From the IMG/VR virus record IMGVR_UViG_3300021310_000002: DNA of 64,000 bases; one strand, written 5' to 3'. A model generated the notes under the pieces. That model had not been told where the DNA came from, ran no database searches, and saw nothing but the letters and a program-made list of their open reading frames with translations. Made by a program: the position numbers and the translations under genes. Origin of the DNA: a virus. Positions 49,192-59,900 of this stretch are shown here, piece after piece; position 1 is the stretch's first letter; every line of letters starts with the position of its first letter.

Positions 49192-49789
49192 ATTCTCCTA
49201 TTGTTTGTCCACGCTGTCGAAGGATTAAGTCATCTTTTTTAAGAGTAACATTTTCTGACCATTTGTTTAATAGTTCTCTTGTATCAAAACCTCGGCTTAC
49301 AATAATTGCATAACCATTAGGCGTTTCATGATAAGTAATTTCCACATCGTTATCAATGTTATAAATGTCGTTTATAAATTCGGTAACTTTGTTTTTATCT
49401 TTTATGTCAAAATCAAAAAACCAATGCTTAGTTTTTGCACATTCCTTTTTAGCTGCGATAGAAGCGATTTTACTTGGCAGCGTACAAAGATTAAAGTTTG
49501 GTTCGTCAATAAGAAAATAAAGAAGATTCTTGCGAACAACTTCTTTGCTTCTTGAATTAAGCGAATAATACATTCGACTTATTTCATTGGGTACGCCATT
49601 GCTGACAAAATTAAAAAACTCTCTTATTAAATCAGGGTCAGTATAATGTTTGGTTGTTATAAAAGATTTTCTTCTTTCAACGAAATTAGGGACATCTTTG
49701 TTATCTTTGTTTCTGCTGATAAATAAACACACATAAATATCTTTATCGTCAGTTGGGTCGAAGCCCCATGATTTAGAATTGCTTGCCAT
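49181..49789 (-). CDS. Hypothetical protein with DxD and TPNG motifs (possibly AEP-like fold)
   Basis: SRNKDN, WFFDFD, ETPNGY. Confidence 0.45.
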   Translation of the reverse strand: MASNSKSWGFDPTDDKDIYVCLFISRNKDNKDVPNFVERRKSFITTKHYTDPDLIREFFNFVSNGVPNEISRMYYSLNSRSKEVVRKNLLYFLIDEPNFNLCTLPSKIASIAAKKECAKTKHWFFDFDIKDKNKVTEFINDIYNIDNDVEITYHETPNGYAIIVSRGFDTRELLNKWSENVTLKKDDLILRQRGQTIGECDD

Positions 49790-50157
49790 TAATTAGTTAC
49801 CTCACTGATTTTAATAATATTTCTATACCATGAAAGCCAAGGTACTCTCCAACCGCATACAACAAATTTATAGGTCTTACCAATTTGTATTTTCCCATAG
49901 TCATCAGAACTGTTAAACTTTGCAGCAAACAATTCATCTGTCAGTTCAAAAGTTTCTTCATTAGTATAAATAATATATTTATCATTATTATTATATCTTT
50001 TTACTGCTTTATCTGTAACAGTAATTGTTACAATATCTTTTGTACCATAGACTCTAATGCAATCAAACGTTATAGCAAAGGTCAATAATATTATGCAAAA
50101 TAATATAACAACTAATGATTTTGTAGAACCTTTTCTATTATTTATTTTCTTATTCAT
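49789..50157 (-). CDS. Membrane-anchored DUF1523-like protein
   Basis: TM helix, KFNSSD.YG, GWRVPWLSWYRNII. Confidence 0.6.
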   Translation of the reverse strand: MNKKINNRKGSTKSLVVILFCIILLTFAITFDCIRVYGTKDIVTITVTDKAVKRYNNNDKYIIYTNEETFELTDELFAAKFNSSDDYGKIQIGKTYKFVVCGWRVPWLSWYRNIIKISEVTN

Positions 50158-50848
50158 TATTTATTTACCTCATTTATTCTTTTCTGTGCTATCTTAAAAT
50201 AGTTCTCGTCAAGTTCTATGCCTATAAAATCTCGACCAAGATTTTTAGCAGCAACTCCTGTACTGCCTGAACCCATAAAGGGGTCTAATACTACATCGCC
50301 CTCATTTGAACTGTTTACAATATAGAACTGTAATAAGTCTACTGGCTTTTCAGTAGGATGTAATTTATTGCCTACAATGTTATTAAACTGGTGAACTGTT
50401 TTACTGCCAACATTATTTATTTTCTTAGCTCGACCCTTACGAAGAAATAATACATACTCACAATTCTTCATGTACCATCTATTGGGAGTACAATTATTTT
50501 TCTCCCATATCAAAACGTTGTGGAGACTGAAACCAGTTTCTCTTGCAAGAGTTAAATAGCGTTCAAGATTTAAAACATTAGTCATAATGTAACAGTGACT
50601 TCCATTTTTTAAAATTCTAAACAGTTCTGGAAACCATTCTTCGGGTTCTATATTGTTTTCAGTAAAAATTTTTCCATCATTTTTAGAAAGCATACCTGAT
50701 GGTTGTCCTTTTAAATGTGGTTTGCCACCGCTTATACAGCGATAGGGGGGTCAGTAACAATAAGGTCAACACTTTCATTAGGCATCTTCTTAAAAACATC
50801 TAAACAATCTGAATTAATTATTTTGTATATTCCCTTATCAGTATTCAT
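50157..50848 (-). pseudogene. N4/N6 DNA methyltransferase (beta class), frameshifted at a C6 tract in the DPPY codons
   Basis: N-part INSDCLD..SVDLIVTDPP; C-part HPTEKP, VLDPFMGSGSTG, IGIELD; one extra C restores a continuous 230-aa ORF. Confidence 0.85.
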
Positions 50849-50888
50849 TATCGTGTTCCTTAAAACTTTAATTTTATGACCTATTTAT

Positions 50889-50977
50889 ACACAATATATA
50901 GTGGTTGTTGCTTATCTCATTACTATATATTGTGTATATCTAGTATCGAACTAAACTCATAATACCATATCTAGTGA
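50889..50977. promoter_or_regulatory. Tandem NrdR-box-like sites (50889-50904, 50920-50935, 50962-50977)
   Basis: ACACAATATATAGTGG, TTACTATATATTGTGT, ATACCATATCTAGTGA match acaCwAtATaTwGtgt; 31-bp spacing of the first pair. Confidence 0.7.
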
Positions 50978-51499
50978 TTATCTCTTATCACTACTGCCAA
51001 ATCCACCATTTCTTACACCATCAGTATCATCATTATCGGTTTTGAAGAACTGCTGTATAATGCCTTGGCACATAGCTTCTCCTGATTTAATTTTAATAAT
51101 CTTACCATCAGGGCTGTCATTATAGAACTTAACCCAAATGTGACCTTCGTTATCTGATTTGCTATAATCACTATCTATAATACCTACAGTATTAAACAAC
51201 TGCATCTTGCATTTAAAACCAAGTCCAGAGCGAGGATAGATTGCAAGGAACTTATCATCATCAAGGATAGCTCTAATGCCTGTGGGTATAAGTGCTGTCT
51301 GTCTAGGCAAAAGTTCTATGTCAAATGGAGCAAAGAAATCATATCCTGCCGAACCTGTTGTAGCTCTCTTGGGCAGTTTAAGATTTTCAAACAGTATAGA
51401 ACCATCATACATAACACCATCATATGTATAATACATCTCACTATCATGACCAAAATCCTTATCAAACTGTGCTCTACTTATCTTTTCAAACTTATTCAT
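50978..51499 (-). CDS. dut: Trimeric dUTPase
   Basis: SAGYD, PRSG, GIIDSDY, CQG, RNGGFGSS. Confidence 0.95.
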   Translation of the reverse strand: MNKFEKISRAQFDKDFGHDSEMYYTYDGVMYDGSILFENLKLPKRATTGSAGYDFFAPFDIELLPRQTALIPTGIRAILDDDKFLAIYPRSGLGFKCKMQLFNTVGIIDSDYSKSDNEGHIWVKFYNDSPDGKIIKIKSGEAMCQGIIQQFFKTDNDDTDGVRNGGFGSSDKR

Positions 51500-51550
51500 A
51501 TCATTACACCTTTCTTGTTTGTATGTAACATAAGACCATACTTGTATTTT

Positions 51551-52117
51551 TTAAATCGTATACAATACGATTTGTTTTTCTTGTATTGTTTTCTTTACAT
51601 CAATGAGTCTTTGATTTGAACTGCCTCTAAAGGCTAAAGTCAAATCTCTCAATTCTTCTTTATATTCACCATCAACTATAATATCACAATTTCTTATTAT
51701 ATGATTACGAAGAAGTCCATTGTCCCAACCTGTGTCAGCGTTAGCAAAATCACCCAACAATTCGCCACGTTCGTTTGTACCGCAGCTTAACGTATAACCT
51801 GTATAAAGCCATATCTTTTTATCAGGATATTTCTCCTTGATTGTTTTTATTAAATCATAAACATCAGGTAAGTTCTCATAGTCAAGAGGTTCGCCACCAA
51901 GAATACTAACTCTTTTAATAAATGGTTTATCAATTAGAGCAAGAAATTTATTTTGAACTTCTTCTGTCCATTCCTGACCACCATTGAAATCCCATGTGCT
52001 AGGATTAAAACATCCTTTGCAATGTCGGTGGCAGCCTTGAACAAACAAGGCTACTCCAATTCCTATCCCATTACTGATATCCATGTCTCGTATGCTTGCA
52101 TATCTCATGTCATTCAC
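51551..52117 (-). CDS. nrdG: Anaerobic RNR activating enzyme
   Basis: CxxxCxxC radical SAM motif, GGEP, RGSSNQ. Confidence 0.95.
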   Translation of the reverse strand: MNDMRYASIRDMDISNGIGIGVALFVQGCHRHCKGCFNPSTWDFNGGQEWTEEVQNKFLALIDKPFIKRVSILGGEPLDYENLPDVYDLIKTIKEKYPDKKIWLYTGYTLSCGTNERGELLGDFANADTGWDNGLLRNHIIRNCDIIVDGEYKEELRDLTLAFRGSSNQRLIDVKKTIQEKQIVLYTI

Positions 52118-54302
52118 TCCTTATTTCGTGGTTATCAAGATGGACTACTCTTTCTTTTATTTCCTGTGTTCTACCCTGATTCCAGAAATTAGTTCCGATA
52201 TATCCACAAGTACGTCTTGCAACATTGAGTTTATTTTTATCACGATTGCCACAATTGGGACACTCCCATAGCAAGGTATTGTTTTCATCAATAATCTTTA
52301 TTTCACCATCGTAACCGCATACCTGACAATAGTCACTCTTAGTGTTCAATTCAGCATACATTATATTGTCATAAATAAAACGTATTACTTCAATTACCGC
52401 AGGAATATTATGCTGCATATTGGCACATTCAATATAGCTTATTGCTCCACCAGGAGAGAGAACCTGAAACTCACTTTCAAGACTTAGTTTTGCGAATGGG
52501 TCAATTTCTTCAAATACAGGAACATGATAGCTGTTTGTAATATAGTCTCTATCTGTAATGCCCTCGATTATTCCAAAACGTTCCTGCAATTTCTTTGCAA
52601 ATTTATATGTTCCTGATTCAATAGGTGTGCCATATAGTGAATAATCAATACGTTCAGCTATCTTCCACTGAGTACATTTATCATTAAGCTTTTGCATTAC
52701 TTGCAAACCAAATTCTTTACCCTTACCGCTTGAATGACTCTCACCTGTCATATACTTTACACATTCGTAAAGTCCTGCATACCCAAGAGATATAGTTGAA
52801 TAACCGCCATAAAGTAATTTATCTATTGTTTCTCCTTTTTTAAGTCGTGCCAATGCTCCATGCTGCCAAAGGATAGGTGCTACATCAGACAATGTACCTT
52901 TGAGTCTTTCATGTCTAATTCTTAATGCTCTGTGACAAAGCTCAGTACGTTCTTCAAAGAGTCTCCAAAACTCATTAATATCCCTATGAGATGACAATGC
53001 GATATCAACAAGATTTATTGTAACAACTCCCTGATTAAATCTGCCGTAATATTTAGGCTTACCATTTTCATCTATATAAGGTGTCAGGAAACTTCTGCAT
53101 CCCATGCAAGGATAACAATGACCATTTCCATTTTTATCTTTTTTCAGTTCTAGCATTTTCTTTTCAGAAATATAATCAGGAACAAGTCTTTTCGCTGTAC
53201 ATTTTGCAGCAAGTTCAGTCAGATAGAAGTAAGGACTATTATCATGGATATTGTCTTCTTCAAGTACATATAACAGTTTTGGGAAAGCAGGAGTTACATA
53301 TACACCGACTTCGTTCTTTATACCAAGTATTCTCTGATTAAGAAATTCCTCGATTATCATTGCTAATTCTTGCTTATATTCCTGAGTTTCCCCAAGATAC
53401 ATAAACACCGAAAGAAAAGGTGCTTGTCCATTTGTAGTGGACATGGAGTTAATCTGATAATTAAAGGTCTGTACTCCATCTTCAATTTCTTTTCTTAGGT
53501 CAATTCTAGCATATTCCTCACTTTTAAATTCATCAAAGCCCCAGCTTATATATTTTGCTTTATATTTTTCAAAGCTATCTCTTACAAAAGGAGCAAGATG
53601 TGTTAGTGTTATCGAAGCACCTCCATACTGACTAGATGTTACTGCGGTTATTATTTGTGTCGCTATAGTCATAGCTGTCAAAAATTTATGTGGGCGTTCA
53701 ATCATCTTATCATTAATGACAGTACCATTCTGTAACATATCTTCAAAATTTATAAGGTCACAATTATGCAAATGCTGAACAAAATAATCTTTATCATGAA
53801 AATGGATTATACCATTTTTATCTGCTTCAACGATATCAGGTGGCAACAGGAAACGGTTTGTAATATCAGTGCTACTAATTCCTGCAATGTAATCACGCTG
53901 AACAGTTACTCTTGTAGGGTTCTTATTGGAGTTTTCGTCATTCCAATAAGCACTTTCACCATCAATTAATTCTTTAATATCTTTATCGGTAGTATTACTC
54001 TCTCTAACCAACTGTCTTTTGTATCGGTATGTAATATAAGCTCTTGCAACATCTTTTCTACAACTCTCCATAAGTTTGTTCTCAACCATGTCCTGTATTT
54101 CTTCAACAGAGATATATGGATGTGCTTCATTTGTAATTTCAAAAATTATCTTATTAATCAGATTACAATTTTCAAGAGCATTACTCTTAGATATATAAGC
54201 ATTGTCAACTTCTTTAAATGCTTTAATTAATGCTGTGCGTATCTTGTCAGGATTGTATTCTTCTTTTCGTCCATCTCTTTTTGTGATGTATTCAATCATC
54301 AT
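52110..54302 (-). CDS. nrdD: Anaerobic class III ribonucleotide reductase
   Basis: ATP-cone KRDG, MGCRS, TNSYH, CxxC..CxxC, RTCGY glycyl radical loop. Confidence 0.96.
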   Translation of the reverse strand: MMIEYITKRDGRKEEYNPDKIRTALIKAFKEVDNAYISKSNALENCNLINKIIFEITNEAHPYISVEEIQDMVENKLMESCRKDVARAYITYRYKRQLVRESNTTDKDIKELIDGESAYWNDENSNKNPTRVTVQRDYIAGISSTDITNRFLLPPDIVEADKNGIIHFHDKDYFVQHLHNCDLINFEDMLQNGTVINDKMIERPHKFLTAMTIATQIITAVTSSQYGGASITLTHLAPFVRDSFEKYKAKYISWGFDEFKSEEYARIDLRKEIEDGVQTFNYQINSMSTTNGQAPFLSVFMYLGETQEYKQELAMIIEEFLNQRILGIKNEVGVYVTPAFPKLLYVLEEDNIHDNSPYFYLTELAAKCTAKRLVPDYISEKKMLELKKDKNGNGHCYPCMGCRSFLTPYIDENGKPKYYGRFNQGVVTINLVDIALSSHRDINEFWRLFEERTELCHRALRIRHERLKGTLSDVAPILWQHGALARLKKGETIDKLLYGGYSTISLGYAGLYECVKYMTGESHSSGKGKEFGLQVMQKLNDKCTQWKIAERIDYSLYGTPIESGTYKFAKKLQERFGIIEGITDRDYITNSYHVPVFEEIDPFAKLSLESEFQVLSPGGAISYIECANMQHNIPAVIEVIRFIYDNIMYAELNTKSDYCQVCGYDGEIKIIDENNTLLWECPNCGNRDKNKLNVARRTCGYIGTNFWNQGRTQEIKERVVHLDNHEIRSE

Positions 54303-54376
54303 AACAACTTCCTCTCTTTGCAGTATTAGTAATGAATATACGGTATGTATGTAATACCAGAACATTTACTATATAT

Positions 54377-54414
54377 ATTATACCCTATTAACAGTTCGTT
54401 GTCAATAGGGTATA
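54377..54414 (-). promoter_or_regulatory. Consensus sigma-A promoter for nrdD with overlapping 11-bp inverted repeat
   Basis: TTGACA (54405-54400), N17, TATAAT (54382-54377); TATACCCTATT...AATAGGGTATA. Confidence 0.8.
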
Positions 54415-54449
54415 CGCTTAAATTTTACTTAATATGTTATTTAGATTAA

Positions 54450-56891
54450 CTAAAATGGTAACGGTTGATTTATGAAAATCTCATAATCTAACTCTAAAGG
54501 GTTCTCTGTTTGAGATACAGTATTTATTTCATTAAACTGTTTGAGTAATTGCTGCATTAATGTTTGTCTTTCAAGATTTGCCTTTTTAGCAATAGCTTGA
54601 TTAACCGTATTGTATGAACCTAAGTGATAACATTTCTGTTTCATTCTTGTCATAGCAACATAAAGCAAATTAGAATTAAGCATAAATATATGGCTCTTAG
54701 GAGTACATATAATAACATTGTTGATGCTTGAACCCTGAGATTTGTGAGTGGTGATACAATAAGCCAGACCTATCATAGTTAGCTCCGATTTATTGTATTG
54801 AATATAAACGCCATCAAAATTTATAATTACACCAGACTCAGATACAGAAACAATTTTACCAGTCTCACCATTAGCAATAAATGCTGTTGGTATTTCTCCT
54901 GTCTGATACATCATTTCCCTTTCTGCATCAGTAAGATATTCTTCACATAACTGAGCCTTGTAGTTATTTACTTTTTGCATGATAAAATCATCTTGATAAT
55001 AAGTTGTGTCTCCACAAGTGATATGAATATCAGAACCATAATTAGGATTTGCCACCATCTGTATCATATTATTAAGCGTTACTGCTCCACAATCTCCTAC
55101 ATTTTTCGCAGTTAATACCTGAACATCTTCTACACTATTACCTTTTTCAAGAAGTTTTTTGTACAATGCTACTGCATTTTTAGGAATGTCATCTGACTGT
55201 AAATCTACAAATGTATAATCTTTATTATTTCCAAAAGCTGTAACCTTTTGTTTCATAGACTTATCCAAATAAGATTTACATTGTCTAACGTCAGTAGCCA
55301 CCTTCATTAAACCGCCTTCTCCATATCTAAATACCTGAGTAAGCGTTGATGTGGGAATTAATTTACTTTGCATAAAATCATGTAATAAATTACCACAACC
55401 AACTGAACATAACTGTGCATTGTCTCCAATCATTAAAAGTTTAGTAGTATTAAAATCTATTGCTTCAAGAAGTGCTTTAAACAAATAAATATCAACCATA
55501 CTAAACTCGTCAACAATAATAACATCACAGTCAAATTGATGGCATTTATTCATACCAAATGGAGTATAATAATTATAAGTAATATTTTTATCTTTTGGAT
55601 TTACAATCTTACCATCTTGATAATAAAAACCATTAGGGTTATAACACAGCCCACGATGAATTGTAGCAGTTGGTCTATGTGTATATTCTTTTAAGACTTT
55701 TGCAGCCTTACCTGTAGGAGAGAACAAGCAATAAGTTTTATGATTGTCTTCTAACATATTGATAATTGCCTGTGTAGAAAACGATTTACCTGTACCACCC
55801 GAACCATTAAGTACACATATTTGATTTTTACAAAGAGTATTTAACACATTCATCTGTTCGTCTGAAAGCTGACATCCATTTACTGTTCTATATTTATCAA
55901 TATCAAAAGTCCAAAATGTACAATAATCATTTAGTCCATCAATAATACGTTTAGCAATATATTCCTCTGTGTGATATGTTTTTATTAAAGCACAATCCAT
56001 AGTAGATTTATCATACCATATAGCCTTATCTTTTATAACTTCTGTAAATTTATCAGCACAAGCAGGAACAGCTTTCATACATTCTTTTCTTAACTCTGCT
56101 AAATTCATTTTAGTATGACCATTGTTTTCATTTTCTTCAAGTAAATAAATAATACATGACAAACATCTCTGAGGGCTTGTTTTCAAATCATATTCAAAAT
56201 CTATAATGGGAGATTTGCCTTGTTCTTTGTTAGTTTTAGACACTTTTTCTATTTCAAGAAGTATCTTATCTGCTGTCTTAAAACCAGTCTGAGCTAAACC
56301 ACACAAACATTTATAAGGGTCTTCTTTAAGCTTATGCTTTAATACCTCAATAGAAGTATATTTATTATAAATACGTTTAATAATTGGGAGGCTAAGATAG
56401 CCTTGGAAACTAATTACTAAGTCAGACAAACAGAAATTATCAATAATCTTCTGCTTAATCTTTTCAAAAGTTTTTTCCTTTATTCCTTTTAGCTTATCAA
56501 AATCAATATCATCAAGTCTGTTTTCTTTTACTCTTTGTACTATATCAGGATATACATTCCATAAAGTTTCTGCCTGACTAATAGTAAGTATTTCAGAAAG
56601 AAACACAAACATATCATTTGCTGAAACAGGTTCGTTTCTTTTAATGTTAACAACCTTATACCCATATCCATTTTTTGTTTCCTGTTCTATACCAATAATG
56701 CTGTATTCAATCCCCTGTTCAAGACAGGGGATATCACCATTAATTACAACATTGTCCCATTTACTTTTCTTTAAATCAGGATAAGTGTTATTGTCAACAT
56801 CAAGTGCATAGACTTTGAAACTATCGCTGCTCCACACCTCTTTTACAACACGACCAACAAATTCTATTTTTGTTTCTAACTTAGTACCCAA
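54450..56891 (-). CDS. recD2: RecD2-like SF1B helicase
   Basis: GSGGTGKS, PTGKAA, TIHR, DEFSM, GDNAQL, HKSQG, LYVAMTR. Confidence 0.92.
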   Translation of the reverse strand: MGTKLETKIEFVGRVVKEVWSSDSFKVYALDVDNNTYPDLKKSKWDNVVINGDIPCLEQGIEYSIIGIEQETKNGYGYKVVNIKRNEPVSANDMFVFLSEILTISQAETLWNVYPDIVQRVKENRLDDIDFDKLKGIKEKTFEKIKQKIIDNFCLSDLVISFQGYLSLPIIKRIYNKYTSIEVLKHKLKEDPYKCLCGLAQTGFKTADKILLEIEKVSKTNKEQGKSPIIDFEYDLKTSPQRCLSCIIYLLEENENNGHTKMNLAELRKECMKAVPACADKFTEVIKDKAIWYDKSTMDCALIKTYHTEEYIAKRIIDGLNDYCTFWTFDIDKYRTVNGCQLSDEQMNVLNTLCKNQICVLNGSGGTGKSFSTQAIINMLEDNHKTYCLFSPTGKAAKVLKEYTHRPTATIHRGLCYNPNGFYYQDGKIVNPKDKNITYNYYTPFGMNKCHQFDCDVIIVDEFSMVDIYLFKALLEAIDFNTTKLLMIGDNAQLCSVGCGNLLHDFMQSKLIPTSTLTQVFRYGEGGLMKVATDVRQCKSYLDKSMKQKVTAFGNNKDYTFVDLQSDDIPKNAVALYKKLLEKGNSVEDVQVLTAKNVGDCGAVTLNNMIQMVANPNYGSDIHITCGDTTYYQDDFIMQKVNNYKAQLCEEYLTDAEREMMYQTGEIPTAFIANGETGKIVSVSESGVIINFDGVYIQYNKSELTMIGLAYCITTHKSQGSSINNVIICTPKSHIFMLNSNLLYVAMTRMKQKCYHLGSYNTVNQAIAKKANLERQTLMQQLLKQFNEINTVSQTENPLELDYEIFINQPLPF

Positions 56892-56904
56892 TTTATTCAC
56901 CTCA

Positions 56905-59900
56905 TTATTCTTTCCTAACCTCATAGCTCTCTAAAACTGATTCGGTTTCATCTGTTGAAACCCATTTGAGTTTGCCATTAACCAATTGCTGCTTTCGTTT
57001 AAATTCTTCAACAAATTGATTTACATGAATCATAGAAAACAGACCAATTGGATTTCTTTTATAAACACTTGACTTGGCTATCTTAGTTCTACGTTCATCA
57101 CCTGTAGTTACATTATGCAACAATAAGTATGGCTTAGTAGTATCTTGATATGTTTTAAAGCCTATGACTATCCATAAGTCTTTATCAGATGCATTAGATA
57201 TTGTTAAGGTATAATTTAAAACTTTTAAATCAAATTTTATTTGCTCACGATAACCCATTGAATTATTTTTCAAATAATTAGTAGCAAGCTCATTTAACAA
57301 TCCAATATTATCTATTTCAGAATATTGTTTTGCTGTTTCTTTGTGAGCATATTTTTTTATTAATAAATCACTAATGCCATACTGTGCATAAGACAAAATT
57401 TTATTTTTAGATATTTGCTTACAACTTCTAAATGCAGGAAGTATTGTTTTACCTTTTTCTTTTATACCATTATAAATTTGATACAAAGATAAAAGATATT
57501 GATTGTTTCCGAAATCAGAAAAATAATTTAAGCCAATAACAGTTTTTAATTGAGTTGTATCAATAGATAAATGCTTATCATTAATTGTATCAAGTACATC
57601 AATAAATGAACCTTTAATTGTGCCAAGGCTCATAAGGTCGATGGCAACTTGCTTGTTACAACCTCTAAACGTATTTGTCCCCATCATAATTCCATCTTTG
57701 TAAATAACAGTAGTTGAAGAACAATCATTATATTTGCCTAAATAAATAGGAATTTTTAAACGCTTGGCTTCTATAATACATTCTGATATTTTATCAATAT
57801 TATTGCTTACTGAATTAATCCATGAACACATAAACTCTCTAGGGTAATATGTTTTTAAATACATACAAATGTATGCTATTATAGCATAAGCCGCAGCATG
57901 GGATTTATTAAATGAATACTTAGCAAAATCAAGCATTGATTCCCATAAAGAGTCAAGTTGCTCCTGCGCCCAACCTCGGTTAGACAAGCCATGAAATAGT
58001 TCAGGTTTAATTTTATCAAGCAGTTCTGCTTTCTTTTTGGCTGTCGCTTTTCTAAGTTCATCAGGATTAGAAAGATTTGCAAGTCTACCGATTTCAATTA
58101 ACTGCTCTTGAAAAACTATAATACCATAGGAATCTTTAAGTATCGGTTCAAGGTCAGGATGCAAGAACTCATATTCTTCCATACCTTTCCTACGATTTGC
58201 ATAATTGTCAATATACTTCATACTGCCTGGACGATACAAAGCATTAGCAACAGTTAAATCAAAAATAGAATTACACTCTATTTTTCTAAGAGTCCCTTGC
58301 ATACCAACCGACTCAAACTGAAAGATTCCCGATGTAAAACCATCTCTAAAATTCTTTAAAACCTTTTTATCATTGAAATTCAAGTTATGTGGTGCTATAT
58401 ATTCGTAATCTTTACCTATCATACCTAGCGTGTCATAGATAACATCTATAGTTCTTAGACCAAGAAAATCGGCTTTAATAAGACCAAGGTCATCCGCTGT
58501 GTGCATATCTCCTTGTAAGATAACAAGCCCATCGTCATTAATATCTACAGCATTATAATATATAACATCATCCATAGCAATAACCTTACCGCAGGGGTGG
58601 GCAGAAAATGACTTCGGTAATCCAGCCAAATGTTTAGCATATTCAAATAATTCTGGATATTTGTTTTTGTAGCTATCAAGTAATCCTAGTTCAAGAGCTT
58701 CACCTATTGTTTCATTATCGAGTTGTGCGGTCATAGCATTAGTAATTTCAAAGGGAATATTAAGTACCTTACCGATGTCTTTTATCGCACCTTTCGCCCA
58801 TATATACTGAAACGAACCAAGACTTACAACTCTATCTTTGCCATATTTATCAATAACAAATTCCAAAACTTTTTCTCTATCAGCTTTGCCGAAATCTGAA
58901 TCCACATCAGGAATCTTCAACTGCTTCTTAGTTATTTTACCTTGTGCCAATAGCTCTAAAGCACCTACGTCTATAAACCTTTCAAAATACAATCCAAATT
59001 CAATAGGGTCTATGTCAGTAATATTTGTCAAATAACATACTAAGCTACCACCAGCAGAACCTCTGGCAATACCTCTACGCTTCACAGAATTACAGTAACT
59101 ATCCACCAACAAAAAATAGCCCTCAAACCCCATCTTCTCAATAGCATTTATTTCGTATGCAAGTCGTTTCTTGTATTCATCTTTATTAGGTTTCTCATTG
59201 ATATGTTTAGTATACCAACCCTTTATGCAAAGCTGTTTAAGATAGTCAAGTTCTGATTTGCAATCATCTGGAATAGGAACATGAGGCATTATAGGTGCTG
59301 ATAAAGGTAGTTCAACATTACATTTATCAGCTATTTCGTTAGTGTTTTGAATAGCTTTTAAGTTTTCTTCTCGTGTGGTAGATTTACATATCTCTAATAT
59401 TTCTTCGTCTGACTGTACATAACAATCATTATATACTTCACCAGCTTCTCGTGCCTGTCCAATTTGTACAAAAATATTATGATATTTCTGGTCTTCTTTA
59501 TTAAGATAGTGAGCATCAGTTGTGACAACATATTTAATGCCAAGTTTATCTGCAAAGCTTACAACACATCTATTCAGTATTTGCTGTGTTGGTTCAGAAT
59601 GACTTTGATATTCTAAGTAATAATCATCTCCAAATACAGCCTTATATTTTAATGCAGTCTCTTTGGCTTTCTGATATTCTTTCTGCGCAATATAACGTTG
59701 AATTTCTCCTGCCATGCAAGCCGACAGAACAATCAGTCCATCCTTGTGTTCTTTTAACATTTCAAAATCAATTCTTGGTTTGCCAAAATATTTATAATTA
59801 CATGATTCTGAAACGAGTTTGTTCAAATTGATACGTCCTGTTTCGTTCTTTGCAATAACGACTAAATGATAATATTTGTTATTTTTATCTTTAATATTAA

